From Azolla caroliniana (taxonomy: Eukaryota > Plantae > Polypodiophyta): a stretch of DNA of 64,000 bases. Location of the stretch: positions 26,598,001-26,662,000 of the forward strand of contig JBHGNT010000002.1 in assembly GCA_043228905.1 (NCBI GenBank), in the 5' to 3' direction. The notes beneath the pieces were generated by a model. The model was not told where the DNA came from and ran no database searches. It saw nothing but the letters and a program-made list of their open reading frames with translations. The position numbers and the translations under genes were made by a program. Below, one piece after another: positions 37,830 to 51,000 of this stretch; positions within the stretch are counted from its first letter, which is position 1; every line of letters begins with the position of its first letter.

Positions 37830-40016
37830 CTAGCCCAAAAGGCTCTCTTCTGGAGGGGCCTTCCAAGTAGACATAGCATGCAACATTCGACCTTTCCAAC
37901 CCATCAACAAATATTGGCTATCTTGAGAAACTGTATACTCTTTATGCCAAGACTCAAGCATGTGTTGAGTATTATTCTTGATCTCTTCATCCAATGGCAA
38001 CTGTTGAAACCCAACTTCTTCGGTTACAAGTTGCCAATGCTTGTATTTATCGACCCGATCCACAACCTCTGCCCCTTCGCACGCAACAATATTCAATATT
38101 GCCTTGCCCAATATCTCACTTTCAAACACAATCCGATCTGTCTTCTCCTTCTCAATGAAATTATCCAACATGTCGAACACACTCTCAAAGTGGAAAAGTG
38201 CTTCTTTAAAGCGCCGGGTAAAGAAGGGAGTGCTGTATGAACCTGTCACTATTCCTTGAATATAAACCTCGGGATTGATATCTCGCCCTTGCTTTAAGAG
38301 CTTTGATCGTACCATTGGGGAATCAAGGGTATCATCCATCACATACCGGAGTAATGAAGCCGAAATTACCACCAAAACTTCACCTTCTTTTCGGTATGGA
38401 CTAACAAAATCTTGCATACGGAGATCCTCTCTAACACCCGCCCATGCCGTGTATTGAAACGGAACTCCACATTTGGCCGCATATGCTTCTAACAACCTTC
38501 CTATCTTCTGAACAGCCTCTAGAACGATATCTGTCCGAGCGGGCAACATCGAATAATGAGGGAATCCAAGCCCAATAATGTGAACCTCAGGTGGGCCACC
38601 TGGCCTATCAGCAAGAGCCTTGAAAAGAGCAGGATATTGGAAACCATCTATTTGAAGCTCAAGTATGTGGAGTTTTGATGCCCCCTTAGCCACATTCAAG
38701 ATTGTATGATTGATGAAGTAATGGTAAGCTTTCACAAAGGGGCAATGCTCCATATACATGTATATGGACTTCAAAATCTCCGCTGCCGATGGTCGTCTCT
38801 CCAGAAGACCTAAATATAGAGGCCATCCAGTACCCGAGAATCTAGCTTCCATAGCTTCAGCAAAATAGTATGCAAGCCTCTCTGAACCACTTCCATACGG
38901 TGTTGCATATTGTCTAACCTTCTTTAGTATCTCAATGGCTCTTTTAGTGTTGTTTACCCCAACTGCATACGCGCATTGAAGCAGCAAATCATTCAATTCT
39001 ACACACTCTTGATCCCCATCTTTGATGATTCGAGACTTTCCACCACTTCCTCGTTTGGAGCTCTCTTTTCTAGGCTTTAAGATCCGACCGGTCTTCTCTG
39101 ACTTTTGCCCTTTGTGCCCATGCGAACGCACCCCAATATCATCTTGACTTCCCACTCTAGCTGTTTTAATATCTTGACTATGACTATGACCCCGACCGTG
39201 GACCCGACCCCGACCCTCCTGACCTTTAACTTGACCATTTATGAAGGTTTCAGTAGTGCTTGTGGAGGAGCTCGTAGGCTTATTGACGGGCCCTCGCAAG
39301 CTAGTGAGAAGTAGCTCATTCCTAGAGGGTTCAGATATGGTACTCACAGACAAAAGCGATGATGAAGAGGCGGTTTCCATGTCGAGATAGGTTAAGTGTA
39401 AATTACTTAGAGAATCATAACAAGAATCGTCGGAGATTGACGATATGCTACCGTCATCTGGCGAAACCGGGGAATCTCCTTCTATCTTCAACGCCAGAGC
39501 CGGAGAATCTTCTTTCAAAAGCGCGGCCATTTCTGATGCTTTTGCTTGGTATGCAACGAATTCTCCTATGTTGAGGAAGGGATGATTGATAGCAGGTTCA
39601 TCATCCTCGGCGAGAATACCTGAGATGAAGGATAAGGCCGGATCCATCAACGGCTCGAACCGTCCAGTGACATCGTACAAGGACGATGAAGACGGTTGGA
39701 TCTCATTGTATGTGGTTCCTTGGATCTCGTCATATGAGGGAAGTATAATTGTGTCAAATGATGATTGTTGGAGCTCTTCATATTGGGGCTGTCTTATCTC
39801 ATCGAATGACAATCGCTGGACCTCGTCATGTGAGGGCCGGTGGACCTCCTCAGAAGACAGCCTTCGCACAGCCGGGTACTGTGAACTCAGATTCCGGTTT
39901 CTTGCGTCGATTTCCTTTTGCGTTTGTTGGTAGATCTCTTGTAAAACAGCCGAGAAACTAGAATTATCAAACCCGGCACGGGCTTCCTCTTTGCTTTCCA
40001 TGACTCTAGAAATCAT
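37830..40016 (-). CDS. GRAS-family transcription factor, LISCL/SCL14-like, 728 aa, single coding exon
   Basis: LHRI LLLQCAYAV, ERLAYYFAEAM, VHIID-equivalent LHILE, GGPP, PFFTRRFKEALFHF, NIVACEG and terminal SAW-type LMGWKGRMLHAMSTW; N-terminal ISGILAEDD resembles the LISCL motif. Confidence 0.95.
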   Translation of the reverse strand: MISRVMESKEEARAGFDNSSFSAVLQEIYQQTQKEIDARNRNLSSQYPAVRRLSSEEVHRPSHDEVQRLSFDEIRQPQYEELQQSSFDTIILPSYDEIQGTTYNEIQPSSSSLYDVTGRFEPLMDPALSFISGILAEDDEPAINHPFLNIGEFVAYQAKASEMAALLKEDSPALALKIEGDSPVSPDDGSISSISDDSCYDSLSNLHLTYLDMETASSSSLLSVSTISEPSRNELLLTSLRGPVNKPTSSSTSTTETFINGQVKGQEGRGRVHGRGHSHSQDIKTARVGSQDDIGVRSHGHKGQKSEKTGRILKPRKESSKRGSGGKSRIIKDGDQECVELNDLLLQCAYAVGVNNTKRAIEILKKVRQYATPYGSGSERLAYYFAEAMEARFSGTGWPLYLGLLERRPSAAEILKSIYMYMEHCPFVKAYHYFINHTILNVAKGASKLHILELQIDGFQYPALFKALADRPGGPPEVHIIGLGFPHYSMLPARTDIVLEAVQKIGRLLEAYAAKCGVPFQYTAWAGVREDLRMQDFVSPYRKEGEVLVVISASLLRYVMDDTLDSPMVRSKLLKQGRDINPEVYIQGIVTGSYSTPFFTRRFKEALFHFESVFDMLDNFIEKEKTDRIVFESEILGKAILNIVACEGAEVVDRVDKYKHWQLVTEEVGFQQLPLDEEIKNNTQHMLESWHKEYTVSQDSQYLLMGWKGRMLHAMSTWKAPPEESLLG

Positions 40017-40551
40017 TCTATCTATCTATCTACTCGGAATACAGATCTTTGCCTTTTAAGTGCTCCTTATAAGATATACACATGGTCGAATATCCATCAA
40101 TTCATATCACCTGGAAGGAAGACGAAAACACACACACACACACAAACATAAACACACTCGCTCACAGTTACAGATCAAATTTAAAAAGCTTTTAGAAACG
40201 AAGAAAGTCTTCCTCTTCCTCCTCCTCTTCTTTAATTCGATACCTGTAAGAAGTTCGATTTTGCTTTGAATTTTCCGCACAGACTCTCTAAACTTCTTCT
40301 CCTTGTTCCTCTTCTACTTGGTGCTCTCCTCCTTCTCCTTCTTCTCCTTCTTGTTTTTCTACTTCTCCTCCTTCAATTGCAGGAAAAACCCTGCCAGAGC
40401 AGCTGGATGGGGAGCCTTAACAAAACCAGTTAGTTGGAGGAGACAGGACTCAAACCCTAACAGAGCAGAGCAGAGAAGAGAGAGAGAGAGAGATGATGAT
40501 GATGATGTAGAAAGAGAGAGAAAAAGGAACAAATAAAAAGTCTTAGGCAAG

Positions 40552-40552
<1 letters not shown>

Positions 40553-40591
<39 letters not shown>
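40553..40591. repeat. (AG)n microsatellite in the GRAS upstream region
   Basis: Pure AG run; a poly-C run follows at ~40668-40682. Confidence 0.9.
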
Positions 40592-40594
<3 letters not shown>

Positions 40595-40869
40595 AGATTG
40601 AAGAGTTTTTTTAATGCACATGGATGGATGGCCATTGAAGTTTCAACTTGTCCACCACCACACATCTCCCCCCCCCCCCCCCAAATGAAACCCCATGAAA
40701 ACATGTATGTATATTAACTGTGTGTGGAAAACAACCTAGGGACCAATGAATGGATCCAATGGATCCAACACTCTCGTCCATCTTGTGCCCAACCGCTAAT
40801 GGTCATGGCTCACTCAGTGATGGACACTCTTTGCTCATAAACGAATCCCGAATCACGCCCAATAAACCT

Positions 40870-42390
40870 CCGTGCCTACCACCAAATACATACACAAAAA
40901 AGAAGCATTGCGTATATATCCCAATCATAACGCACAATCGATATCTGGAAATGAGGGAAACGATCTATGTAGATCTCTACTCTTGGGTTGACCAATGTAA
41001 ATTACGCAAACACCCCATAGTCTTGGTGTCAAGTATTGACATGGTGTATCTTGTGAAATGTGAGAAATGTAACCTCAAATTTGACAAGCAAGCGCACAAT
41101 GTATGCATTGAATGATGAGTGCTATCATCCACTTGAACGATGCATGGAAACCATTTTGCACGCTACTAGTCCACGTCTCGTTGGAGCTAATCCCAAAGGT
41201 ATTTGCCCCCAATTAATACCCTCCAAACGAAGACCTTTGTTAAAAATCGCAATTTAGAATGCCAAATACATTTCAAGACTTGTCACTATCCATAATCAAA
41301 ATTACATACCTTCCTTCTTGTTCAACATTAGATGATAGCCATTGAAGAGATGATGGATTAATGGTACAAGCAATCACTAGTCCCTCGAAAAAACTAAGTT
41401 TGACCCCATCAATGCCAATCAACCCATGGTTGCGCTTTGGTTGTATAGATGAAAGACGCTACATCAAAGTTATACTTTGTAGTTGCTACCAAATGAACCC
41501 ATAATTGGGTGGGATGCGTGATCATTGTTGCACCTCAACAAAGTTTAAAAAGGTGTACTTGAAATAACCAAGGCTATGACGTCTAATGCATGAGCCTATC
41601 ATTCAACTTGCTTGCCATCTATCGTAACATTCAATAGCAATGGATATGCCAAATGTTATTCAATAGAGCTTTTTCCAACCACTAATCCTTACTGTCCCAA
41701 ACATTCCAAATGCCTCGCATTACAGAAGATGGGGCAAGACTTTCCCCAATTATTATGTAATGCAAATGCCAAGGAATTTTGATCTCGTACGTGCATCCTT
41801 TCCTCAATTATATTCTCAAGTGAAGGTTGTAGAAACATGAAAGAATCATTTGCAAAAGCTTGCGTTACCAAATGTCGTCTAGATAGAGATCCACAATATC
41901 ACAATTAGTTGTAAACCTTGATAATATCACCAACAAGGGATAGGTAACTAACTATAATAACCAACAACAAACAATTTTCTAAGTGGGCATCCTTGACAAA
42001 CAGATCTCAGGAGAGAAAATCTAATATAACTCCACGATTAACCATTACTTAGGAGATGACATCTAGCATGGTTGAGAACTCATTGTATGCATTACCTTTG
42101 AAACAAAGGACCAATTATCATGATCGTAATATTTCTCCAAATCTAACTACACCACACTCAATTCCTTATGAGCATGTTAAGCATAATCCATGGCCATTTG
42201 AACATTACGCATTTTATGTTGCAATACCCTTTGGAATCAATTTATCAAGATGTTTATAAATACCTTATAGAGCCCCCCATCAAGAGAAATAAGTCTCCAT
42301 CACTTAAATGACTTAGGTGATGTCATCTTTGGGACTAATTTGATGGGACCAACCTTCCAAGCTTGAGGCATACAACCAAAATCCCAACAA
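40870..42390 (-). mobile_element. Decayed LINE RT fragment
   Basis: Minus strand SVCQGCPL near 41985-42005 and QAFANDSF (degenerate FADD) in ORF 41689-41871. Confidence 0.65.
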
Positions 42391-45345
42391 TGTAGGAACT
42401 ATCGAATACACCTGAGATCTTGTTTGAACCAAATAGGATTCCAAGGTCTTGTGTGCCCACTAGGTATCTGAATATATGCTTGACTGTGTTCCAGTGATGT
42501 TGCCCAAGATTGTGCATAAATCTATCGACGACTCCTATGGCATGAGCTATATTTGGTCGTGTTGTGACCATCGCATACATCAAGGAGTCGACTGTTGGTG
42601 CATACGGTAATGACTTCATAATTTCCCCCTCAGTCTCGTTGAGACAAACAAAGTCTAATAGGGAGCAGGGTTGAAGCAGATTTGGCTGACTACATGTTGA
42701 AGCACTCTAAGACACGTCAGATGTAGTTGGCTTGAGACAGGAACAATTGTTGTTGATTATAGAGCTGACTAATCTTCATACAAAAAATGTGTCGAGCCGG
42801 ACCTAAGTTCGTCATTACGAACTTCAACTGCAGTTGCCGAATGAGATCGGTAAGCTCTCCAGCATGCTGGCCGAAGAGAAGCATATCATCCACGTATAGG
42901 ATGAGGAAGATGGGTGATCCATCTAGAGCCGTTTTGGAAAAGAGGTAGTGGTCCTCATCGCTCTTAAAGAAGCCAATTGATTGTATTAAGTCGTGTATTT
43001 CTTGTACCATTGTCTTGGGGCCTGCTTCAGGCCATAAAGACTCTTCTTGAGTCGGCAGACTAGATGCTCTTGGCCGGGTGTCATGAAACCTTTCGCTTGT
43101 TCCATATAAATCTCTTCCTCTAGAGCACCATGGAGGAAGGCCGTCTTGACGTCTAGTTGAATCAATTCCAAATCTTCGGCGATTACAACGCCGAGCAAAA
43201 ATCATAGGGTGGTCACATCTTCAATGGTTTGGTCTTCAAAGAAAACAACGTCTCGACTTCTGATCACTTTCTTGCTAATAGGATCCCAAAATCTATACCC
43301 AAACTCATTCTCTGAATATCCAAGAAAAGTGCATTGTTTGGTTGTAAGGCAAGCTTGGGTCTCTCATCCCTAGGAATGTGCACAAATGCTCTACAACCAA
43401 AGACCCTTAGATGCTTATAAGAAACATCTTTCCCCATCCATTATCACCACTAGTGAAAATATTTCGTCGAAGTCGATGCCATATTCCTGTTTGAAACCCT
43501 TCATGACTAGTTTGGCTTTCTACTTGGGATTGGCCAAATTAGACGTCTCTGAAGACCCATTTGCATGGAAGAGCACGTCCATTCTTCGGCAATTTGACTA
43601 AGTCCCAAGTTTGATTGTGCCATATGGAGTTCATTTTAGATTCCATTGCTAGATGCCACGTGGTTGGGTCGGCACATGTTGAAGCTTCTTCATACTTATA
43701 AGCTCGCTGCCATCCATGAGGAAGTGTCTAGGAGTGTATCTCTCTGGAGGTCAAGACAATCTCTTAGATCTTCGTGGAATGACTAGGCTATCATGATCTA
43801 GTACAATCGTGCTATTGAATATGGGTATATAATGGACGTATTCATACTGTCCCACTTGGACAAACTAGGTTTAGGAAAAATATGTAAATATGTCAAAGGG
43901 TAGTTGCCATAGCCTAGTTAGTATATAACTGGCTTTGTAACCTAGTTCGGAGTTGTTGTCATTCTTGAATTGTAACGTTTGAAATCAGACAGTTACATTG
44001 TGTGCCTCTTTGTCTCTTTCTATTACATTCTCTCTCATGATATCGATCTTTGATAAGTTGTTTTACTAATCTTCATTCTCAACTTGGTGATCTTCATCAC
44101 ATAGTGTTGTTCGTATTTCCGCTTTGACGGCCTTAGTCTCCAACATGTGCTTGGCACATTCGTACTTCGGATGGTCCGAAGCCAAATAATTCAGTTGAAT
44201 TGGCTCTTTCCTCTCTATTTGGCTCGACTGAATTGGGAATTGATATTTTGGCTACTTGTGAAGCTGACCTCGTGTTCTGTGTTGGGTCATCGGGAAGAGT
44301 CAGAAAATCCGGAAAGGAGACTCTTCTGACTTCAATTGGCCTTTCGTCCGCCTTGTGCATTCTCGTCTCATTGAAGACGATGTCCGAACTTTGGGCGACT
44401 TGTCTATTTTTAGGATCCTAGAGTTGGTAGCTAAAGTTGTCGTCTAGTTTGTAACTAAGGAAAATGCATTTCCGAGGTCTTGCTTCAAGGTTTCGGCAAT
44501 CATGTTTCGATACAAGGCCAAATGCTTCGCACCCGAAAATCTGTAGCTTCTCATAATTCAGCATCTTGCAGATCCAAAGCTCCTGTGGGATTTGAAGTCC
44601 TAGATGCCTACTCGATGACATATATGATTATGTGCACAACAGTGAGAAGCACCTTTGCCTAGAAACCATCTGAAAGTCTGGAGTGATGCAGCATGAAAAC
44701 TATTCTTTCTTGAATTGTCAGATTCATTCTATTTGCGATTTCATTCTGCTCTAGATGGTGGGGTGTTGTATATTCTCGTTTAATGTCACGTTACCGACAA
44801 AATATGACGAATTCTTTAGATTTGTACTTTCCATTATCAGACCACAAGCATTTCAGTTGTCGGCTGGTCTGATTCTCCACCATTGCAAGCCATTCTTGAA
44901 AGATCGTGAACACTCGATCTTTGGTTTTGGCAAGATACGTCCACACCTTTCGTGTCAAATCGTCAATGAATGTGACAAAGTAGGAAGTGTTGCCGAGAGA
45001 CTAATGTGGCATCGGGCCACAAATGTCCGAATGGACCAAATCGACTGGACTTGATTTTCTCGGTGTGGTCGTAGGGTGTAATGCCGCGGCTTGCTTGCCA
45101 TAATGGCAATGCTCGCAGAATTGGTGGTCGGAGAAGGAGAGCTTGGGGATGTAGTTGGCTCTAGATAGGTGTGTGATCTTGGCTTTGCTGAGATGGCCAA
45201 GTCGGCCATGCCATAACAACGACACATGAATGTCTAACAAGAATAAGTCACTCTCTCTGAGAGTGATATAGAATGGGCAGAATAAATGTACTGTCAATCC
45301 TCTAGCAAGCAGGAGGTTCCCCTTGTGGAGTGTCCATCCTCCTAA
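42390..45345 (-). mobile_element. Decayed Ty1/copia element H, same family as E (GAG-pre-INT, INT, RT)
   Basis: LWHGRLGH, DLVHSDICGP, QLDVKTAFLHG, YVDD and RPNIAHAIGVV; strong similarity to element E coding sequence. Confidence 0.85.
43813..44145 (+). repeat. Solo LTR of copia type (E-like) with 5-bp TSD
   Basis: TATTGAA...CTCCAACA resembles the E LTR; flanked by CGTGC / TGTGC. Confidence 0.75.
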
Positions 45346-45355
45346 TGAGCAGTTG

Positions 45356-47657
45356 TGTCATGGATAGATAATATCCACAAGAGACTAGAAGAAAATCGAA
45401 TGGATGAGTTGATGAATTGAAAGACTTCGTAACTGGTGTTGTTCACCTTTGATTGTAATCTAAGTGAACAAACATATTTATACAAGTTCCGAGATTGAAT
45501 ATCTCTAGAATATACTCGAGAAATATCTCGGGAAATATACGTGTCTAGAATATACTATAGAATATTTCTAGAATATACTGAAGACGAGAATATTTTGGAA
45601 TATACTATATGTTAGACTATATAATAACCATATACAATCACTTGCATTGGTTTCAACCTGAAAAGCTTTTGAAGGATCTGGTAAAAGAAATGAAGGAGCC
45701 TTGCATACCCGGTCCTTGAGTTCCTTAAAGGCAAGGTATAGTGTAATATTCCATACAATATTGTCAATTAAGAGTAATTGCGAAGAGATTTTCGCAAAAA
45801 CCCGACAAAACCAAGGAATGATCGAACTTCTCGAATATTCCGAAGAGTGGGCCAAAGTTTGACTTTCTCAATACCAGACGAGTCAATTTCAACTCCTCGT
45901 TCGGTTATGAGATGTCTTAGATAAGTAATTGATTTCTTGGAGAACTCGCATTTTGAGATCTTCGCGTAAAATTGTTTGTCGCCCAATGTTTGTAAAACAA
46001 AGTGAACATGTTTACCATTTTCTTCTAAGGTACGACTATAAACTAAAATATCATCCAAGAAAATAATGACAAATTTTCCAAGTTGTTCTTGGAAGATGTC
46101 ATTCATTTCTTGTTGAAATGTGGCCGGAGCATTGGTCAAAACGAAAGGCATGACCAAAAATTGCTATACCGCGTATGGAATGCCATTTTAGGAACATCTT
46201 CCTCACTTATATGAATTCGATGGTAACATGTACAGAGATCAAGTTTCGTAAAATGTCGAGCTCCCTCAAGACAGTCAATTAGATTGTCAAGCCGAGGCAA
46301 TGGATATGAATTCTTGATCGTCACTTTATTCAAGTGTCGGTAATTAATACGCATACGCCATGTGCCCTCTTTCTTTTTTACCAAGAGAATAGGTGCACCC
46401 CATGGAGATTCACTATAATGTATATAACCCATTTGTAAATAGTCCTTGAGTTGCTTAGATACCTCGTCCTCTTCGGATCGACTTAAGCGATACGAAGGTA
46501 TACTTATTGGCAACACCAGGTACAATATCTATACAATGGTCTAAATTATGTTTAGGAGGTAACCCATGTGGTAATTCACCCGGGAAAACATCACGAAAAT
46601 CATTTAAGATTTCATCGAGTTGTTGTTGTTCAAAATATGATAAATGACCCGAGACACTATCGATATTATAAACGTGAATGTTCGGATCAAGTACACAATA
46701 AAATAAAGAAGAACAAGACAACTTGGATATTGATGGAGGGGAAACAATCGAACGAGATTGGTTTTTTACACATTGAATAAAATGAGTACAATCGTTTAGT
46801 ACAAAGGTAATGGAATGGTGAACCCAATCAATAGATAAAGAAGAGTTTTTATTATAAAACTAGGGATAACCCAATATTACATCAGTGCAACAAAGGTTCA
46901 TTACATGGAAGTCTACTTCCTCTATATAAGTATCAATAGAAATTCCTAATGAACGAATCACCCCATTGATGTATTGTACTTTTCCATCAGCTAAGTGCGC
47001 CTTATAGGTGTGATCACTTACGGTGGGTTAGATTCCCCATATCTGAACCAAACGATCATTCACAAAGTTGTGTGAGCTTCCTGAATCAAATAAAAATTGT
47101 ACAGGAGATTTATTGATATACCCATTTGCACGTAGTCAATAATTGGGTCCCAATACATAATGAGGGAAAGAACATTTACAACTACTTAAATGATGTGTAT
47201 AGACCTCAAGGACATAAGGAATTTGACCTTTATAGTCTGCTACTTTGGTTTTATTGTTGTGCTCTTTTCGTTGGAGCTTCTGACATTGCTCTTTCATCTT
47301 ACTCTTCTTTTTGTAGAACATGCAAAAATGATTTTGTCGCTTACAATCGTGATCCATGAATTCGTTGGGTGTCTTGCGTTGCCCAACGAATTGTGACTAC
47401 ATAGTCCCAGATGCTTCGGGTTTGTTATGGTCCTTTGAAGTACGTTGAAATCCATCCAGTTTTACAATCGTGATCCATGAATTTGTTGGGTGTCTTGCGT
47501 TTCCTAGCGAATTGTGACTGCTTACCCGGACGCTTCGGGTTTGTTATGGTCATTCTTCAAAGTGCGTTGAAATCCATCCAGTTTTTCATGTACAAGTCAT
47601 CTAAAAGAACTTCTTGGTTCTGGCGACTATCACGGACGAGTAGGTGAGGCTCAATAC

Positions 47658-47710
<53 letters not shown>

Positions 47711-48050
47711 ATAGACAAGAGAACAAGAAAGAGAGAGAGCAATAGACAAGAGAACAAGAACTGAATTATGCTTCCGTAATTGGTGTTGTTCACCTTGACT
47801 AAGGCCAAGGTGAACCCTTGTATTTATACATGTTTGTGGGCTCTAAATGTAGTTCCATGCAAAGACTCATTCTCATGCCCAAGCTTCCGGAAGCTTCTAA
47901 AAGCTCCTACACGTAGAATAGATAATCTACAATAATCTACTAAGGTAACATGACCATGTATTAGATGTGTTGGTTAAAACATATCGATTGATTATAATAC
48001 AGTAGGTTACAAGTTTGAAAATAGTCATGTCCATATTTACATTTCTTTAC
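45356..48050 (-). mobile_element. Decayed AT-rich Ty3/gypsy element (chromovirus-like RT) with LTR-like ends
   Basis: Protease FLFDSGSSHNF near 47065-47097, RT SPWGAPILLVKKK / KLDL / FLDDILVYS, RNase H start FQVETNASD; related LTR-like segments at 45356-45630 and ~47628-48050. Confidence 0.75.
47341..47582. repeat. Two ~121-bp tandem repeats in the leader of the AT-rich gypsy element
   Basis: TTACAATCGTGATCCATGAATT...GAAATCCATCCAGTTT occurs twice. Confidence 0.85.
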
Positions 48051-51000
48051 TCTGGTCCTTGTGTTTTGTGCCTACTTGCACACCCCTCGTTCACACGTCA
48101 ATCCGTCTGATCTTCCTCCTTGCACCAAGACCCTTGTTCTCATGCGTCACGGCATGTTTGGGGACCGATCTAGACAACATTCCCTTTATCACCGGCTGTT
48201 TGGTCCGAGATCCCGGTGGTCCCGCCTCGTTTCAACACATACCCGCGGAAAACCATGACATATTTGGTGAACTCGAAGTGAAAAGGGGCGACAAAGGAGT
48301 TTGGAAATGAGGGGAAGTGAACTCACTGAAGCAATGGCGGTGGATGTCGACTGCCTGGTTAATGCTTGTGAGAGCATCAGTGGCCTCGATAAGGCTGTGG
48401 AAACAGTAGTTGGCAAGACAGGCCGATTCAACGGGAAGGACGTCACGAACTACTTGGAGGCCTTCAAGGCCGAGATGCTAATGAGAGATGTTCCTGACGA
48501 TAGGCGGTTGTCCGCATTTCCCTAGGTAGTCACACCTACTGCCAAAGTTGGCTGGAGTTCGAGGAGCGGCTTCTCGAAAGATACGGTTTTGATGACTCGT
48601 TCTGGTTATCAAAGAGGGAGCTGATGGAGTGGGTTGTGAGTGTTGGGGAGGGGAGGAACACATCGATGCTCCTCCAAGAGTTTGAAAGACGATTCACGCG
48701 ACTCTCGGCGCTAGACCAAACCGTGCTTGACACGAGCAAGGTCCTATTATTTATCAACTCAGTTGATCCACTTTATCGAGAAAAGGTAGGTCTCTTTTTG
48801 GAGATAGATGATGGGCTCACGATTGATTGGGCCGTGGTAAAAAGGGTTTGTAGCCGTTTTGACAAACGACGTGAATGGAATGACGCGGGGCCGTTGGCGA
48901 CAGGAGGAATTGATTCCGAGATGGTCGAAAGAAACATGAAGGTGGCTCAAGTTTGGTGCGGTTCTGACCAACGTGGTCAAGGGCCCATCCAGGGCCGCAA
49001 CTCTGGACGAGCTGACGAAGATGGTGCGCAATCTCTAGATTGCCAAGCTCGGAGAGATGGCGAGGGATAGTCGCATGACCAGAGGCCTTCGGTTGAGCAA
49101 CGATGCATCTGGTGCGATGCCGCCTGTCACATCCGGAGAGAGTGCATCGATTTCGCTGAAGCACTCAAGAACAATGTTATGTATCTCTGGAATGAATGGG
49201 TACACGCGTGCGACACGCGAAGGCCCATTGAGGTGAATACCAGACGAGATGGCATGAAGAGGATAATGGAAGAAGCCACTGCCTAGAGCGCCCCCCGAGG
49301 CCATTTACTACTTACTGTTGACAGGGATCCAAGTAGGCAGAGAGAAGGGAATTGGATCCGGAAGCAATACCGGATTTTGGTCGCCAGTACTGGAGGGCCT
49401 ATCCGGAGTGAAGCTAATGAAAGATGAGGCGAACCGCACGGAGAGGCGGGTCTAAGAGGGCACCGGATGGGATGATCCGTGGAAGCGAAGACCGGTTTCG
49501 TGGTAACAGTGTGCCAGAACTTTGAGGTTCTGGTTGAAGACAAGCGGGTCGTAAAGTCCAGAGGGGCCGGACCTTCGAACCGATATGAAAGCTAAAGCGG
49601 TTCGAAGAAAAACGATAGAGGCTAGACCAAATCATAAGAAAGGGCTAAATTCTTGAGTTGCCAGCTAAACTTGGAGATCGAGAAGACAATAGACCTATGA
49701 AAGGTCTTGGAGGAATGAATCCTCGACAGTCGCGTGGAATTCATGTTGCGGGAAGTGCTAGGGACAGTGAAGAAGGAGTTGCATGATGGCATTGTCGATC
49801 TGGTAAAGAGGAAGAGGCTGTCAACGGAGTCGGAGGTTGAAAGGCCGGTTGAAGTGAGGACGGCCCTGATCGATGAGGTGGCGGTAGAAGAAGAATACGC
49901 CGAAAGCCACTACATGAGGCCACATTAGGCAAGAGCTACCACAGAGACGCCGGTTTGGATCGGGGATGTGAAGGAGCCGGTGATAGCATTGATCGACCAT
50001 GGATCAGAGATCAACTTAATGTCGATGGACTTCTATAGAAAGGGGAAGTGGCCAATCAACACGAAGCACGAGTACGGGTGGAAGATATGCGCGGTGACCC
50101 GTGCAACGGAGGAGTTGCACAGAGCATGCCCAAATTCCGAGTGAAGGTCAGGGATGTTGAGATCGACCAACACTTGTTCGTGCAAGAGACATCTTCCCAC
50201 CTGGTGATTCTCGACGAACCTTACATTATGGCGGCTCCCAGTGACGCTAAAGTGTTGGACAACGGTTCGGCGTACGAGCGGGTGAAGAGCCAGGGCAGAC
50301 AACATTCAGTCCAATATTTGAAAGTCCAACCACGAGCAGAATCGTAATACTCTCGCGAACGAAGACCGAGAGGATTATTGAAGAGGGCTATCAAGACGTG
50401 GGGCCGTGATAGTTCGGACATGCGGAAGAAACCCCACACCTGTACTGTAGGTAGGACATTTTGGCCCTCTGTTAACGGAGATTGTACCATAGCCGACATC
50501 GGTGGCCGGGAAAGGACGCAGGTTGAAGGGCTCTTGAAGGCATGCGGAGCCTTAGGCCCAAACGAAGAGATCGGTGGCGCCGTGGAGGCAGTGTCATTTG
50601 ACGAAACCCTCAGGGATATCGAGAGCGTAGTCGAGGAGGATCTACACGAAGACCGGATTATTCCGGTCGGTTCAGTCGATATGTACAAAGTCATCGTGGA
50701 CTTCGGGAGGAAGGTCAGTTTAGATCGAACGGCCCGAATGAGCACGAAGTACAAGAATTTGGACTGGAAGGTGAGGCCAATCGCGACTCCCTTGTAAGAG
50801 GATAGTTGGGAGCGGATGAAAGGGGTCGCGACCGATCCAAGCCTGCGAGATCCGGCCGACAGAGGACTCTGGTTTACCGACGAGACGCTACAGGAGCTGA
50901 AGATAAGTGAGGTTGGATTCCTACTGCCGATAGAGGAGGACCGGTTTAGGAGGATGCTTGGGAGGTATGGTAAATCCTTCGCATTCTCGCCGGGGGAGAT

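Noticed and set aside
37803-38240. 145-aa plus-strand ORF overlapping the GRAS gene
   Set aside because: Antisense shadow with no domain features.
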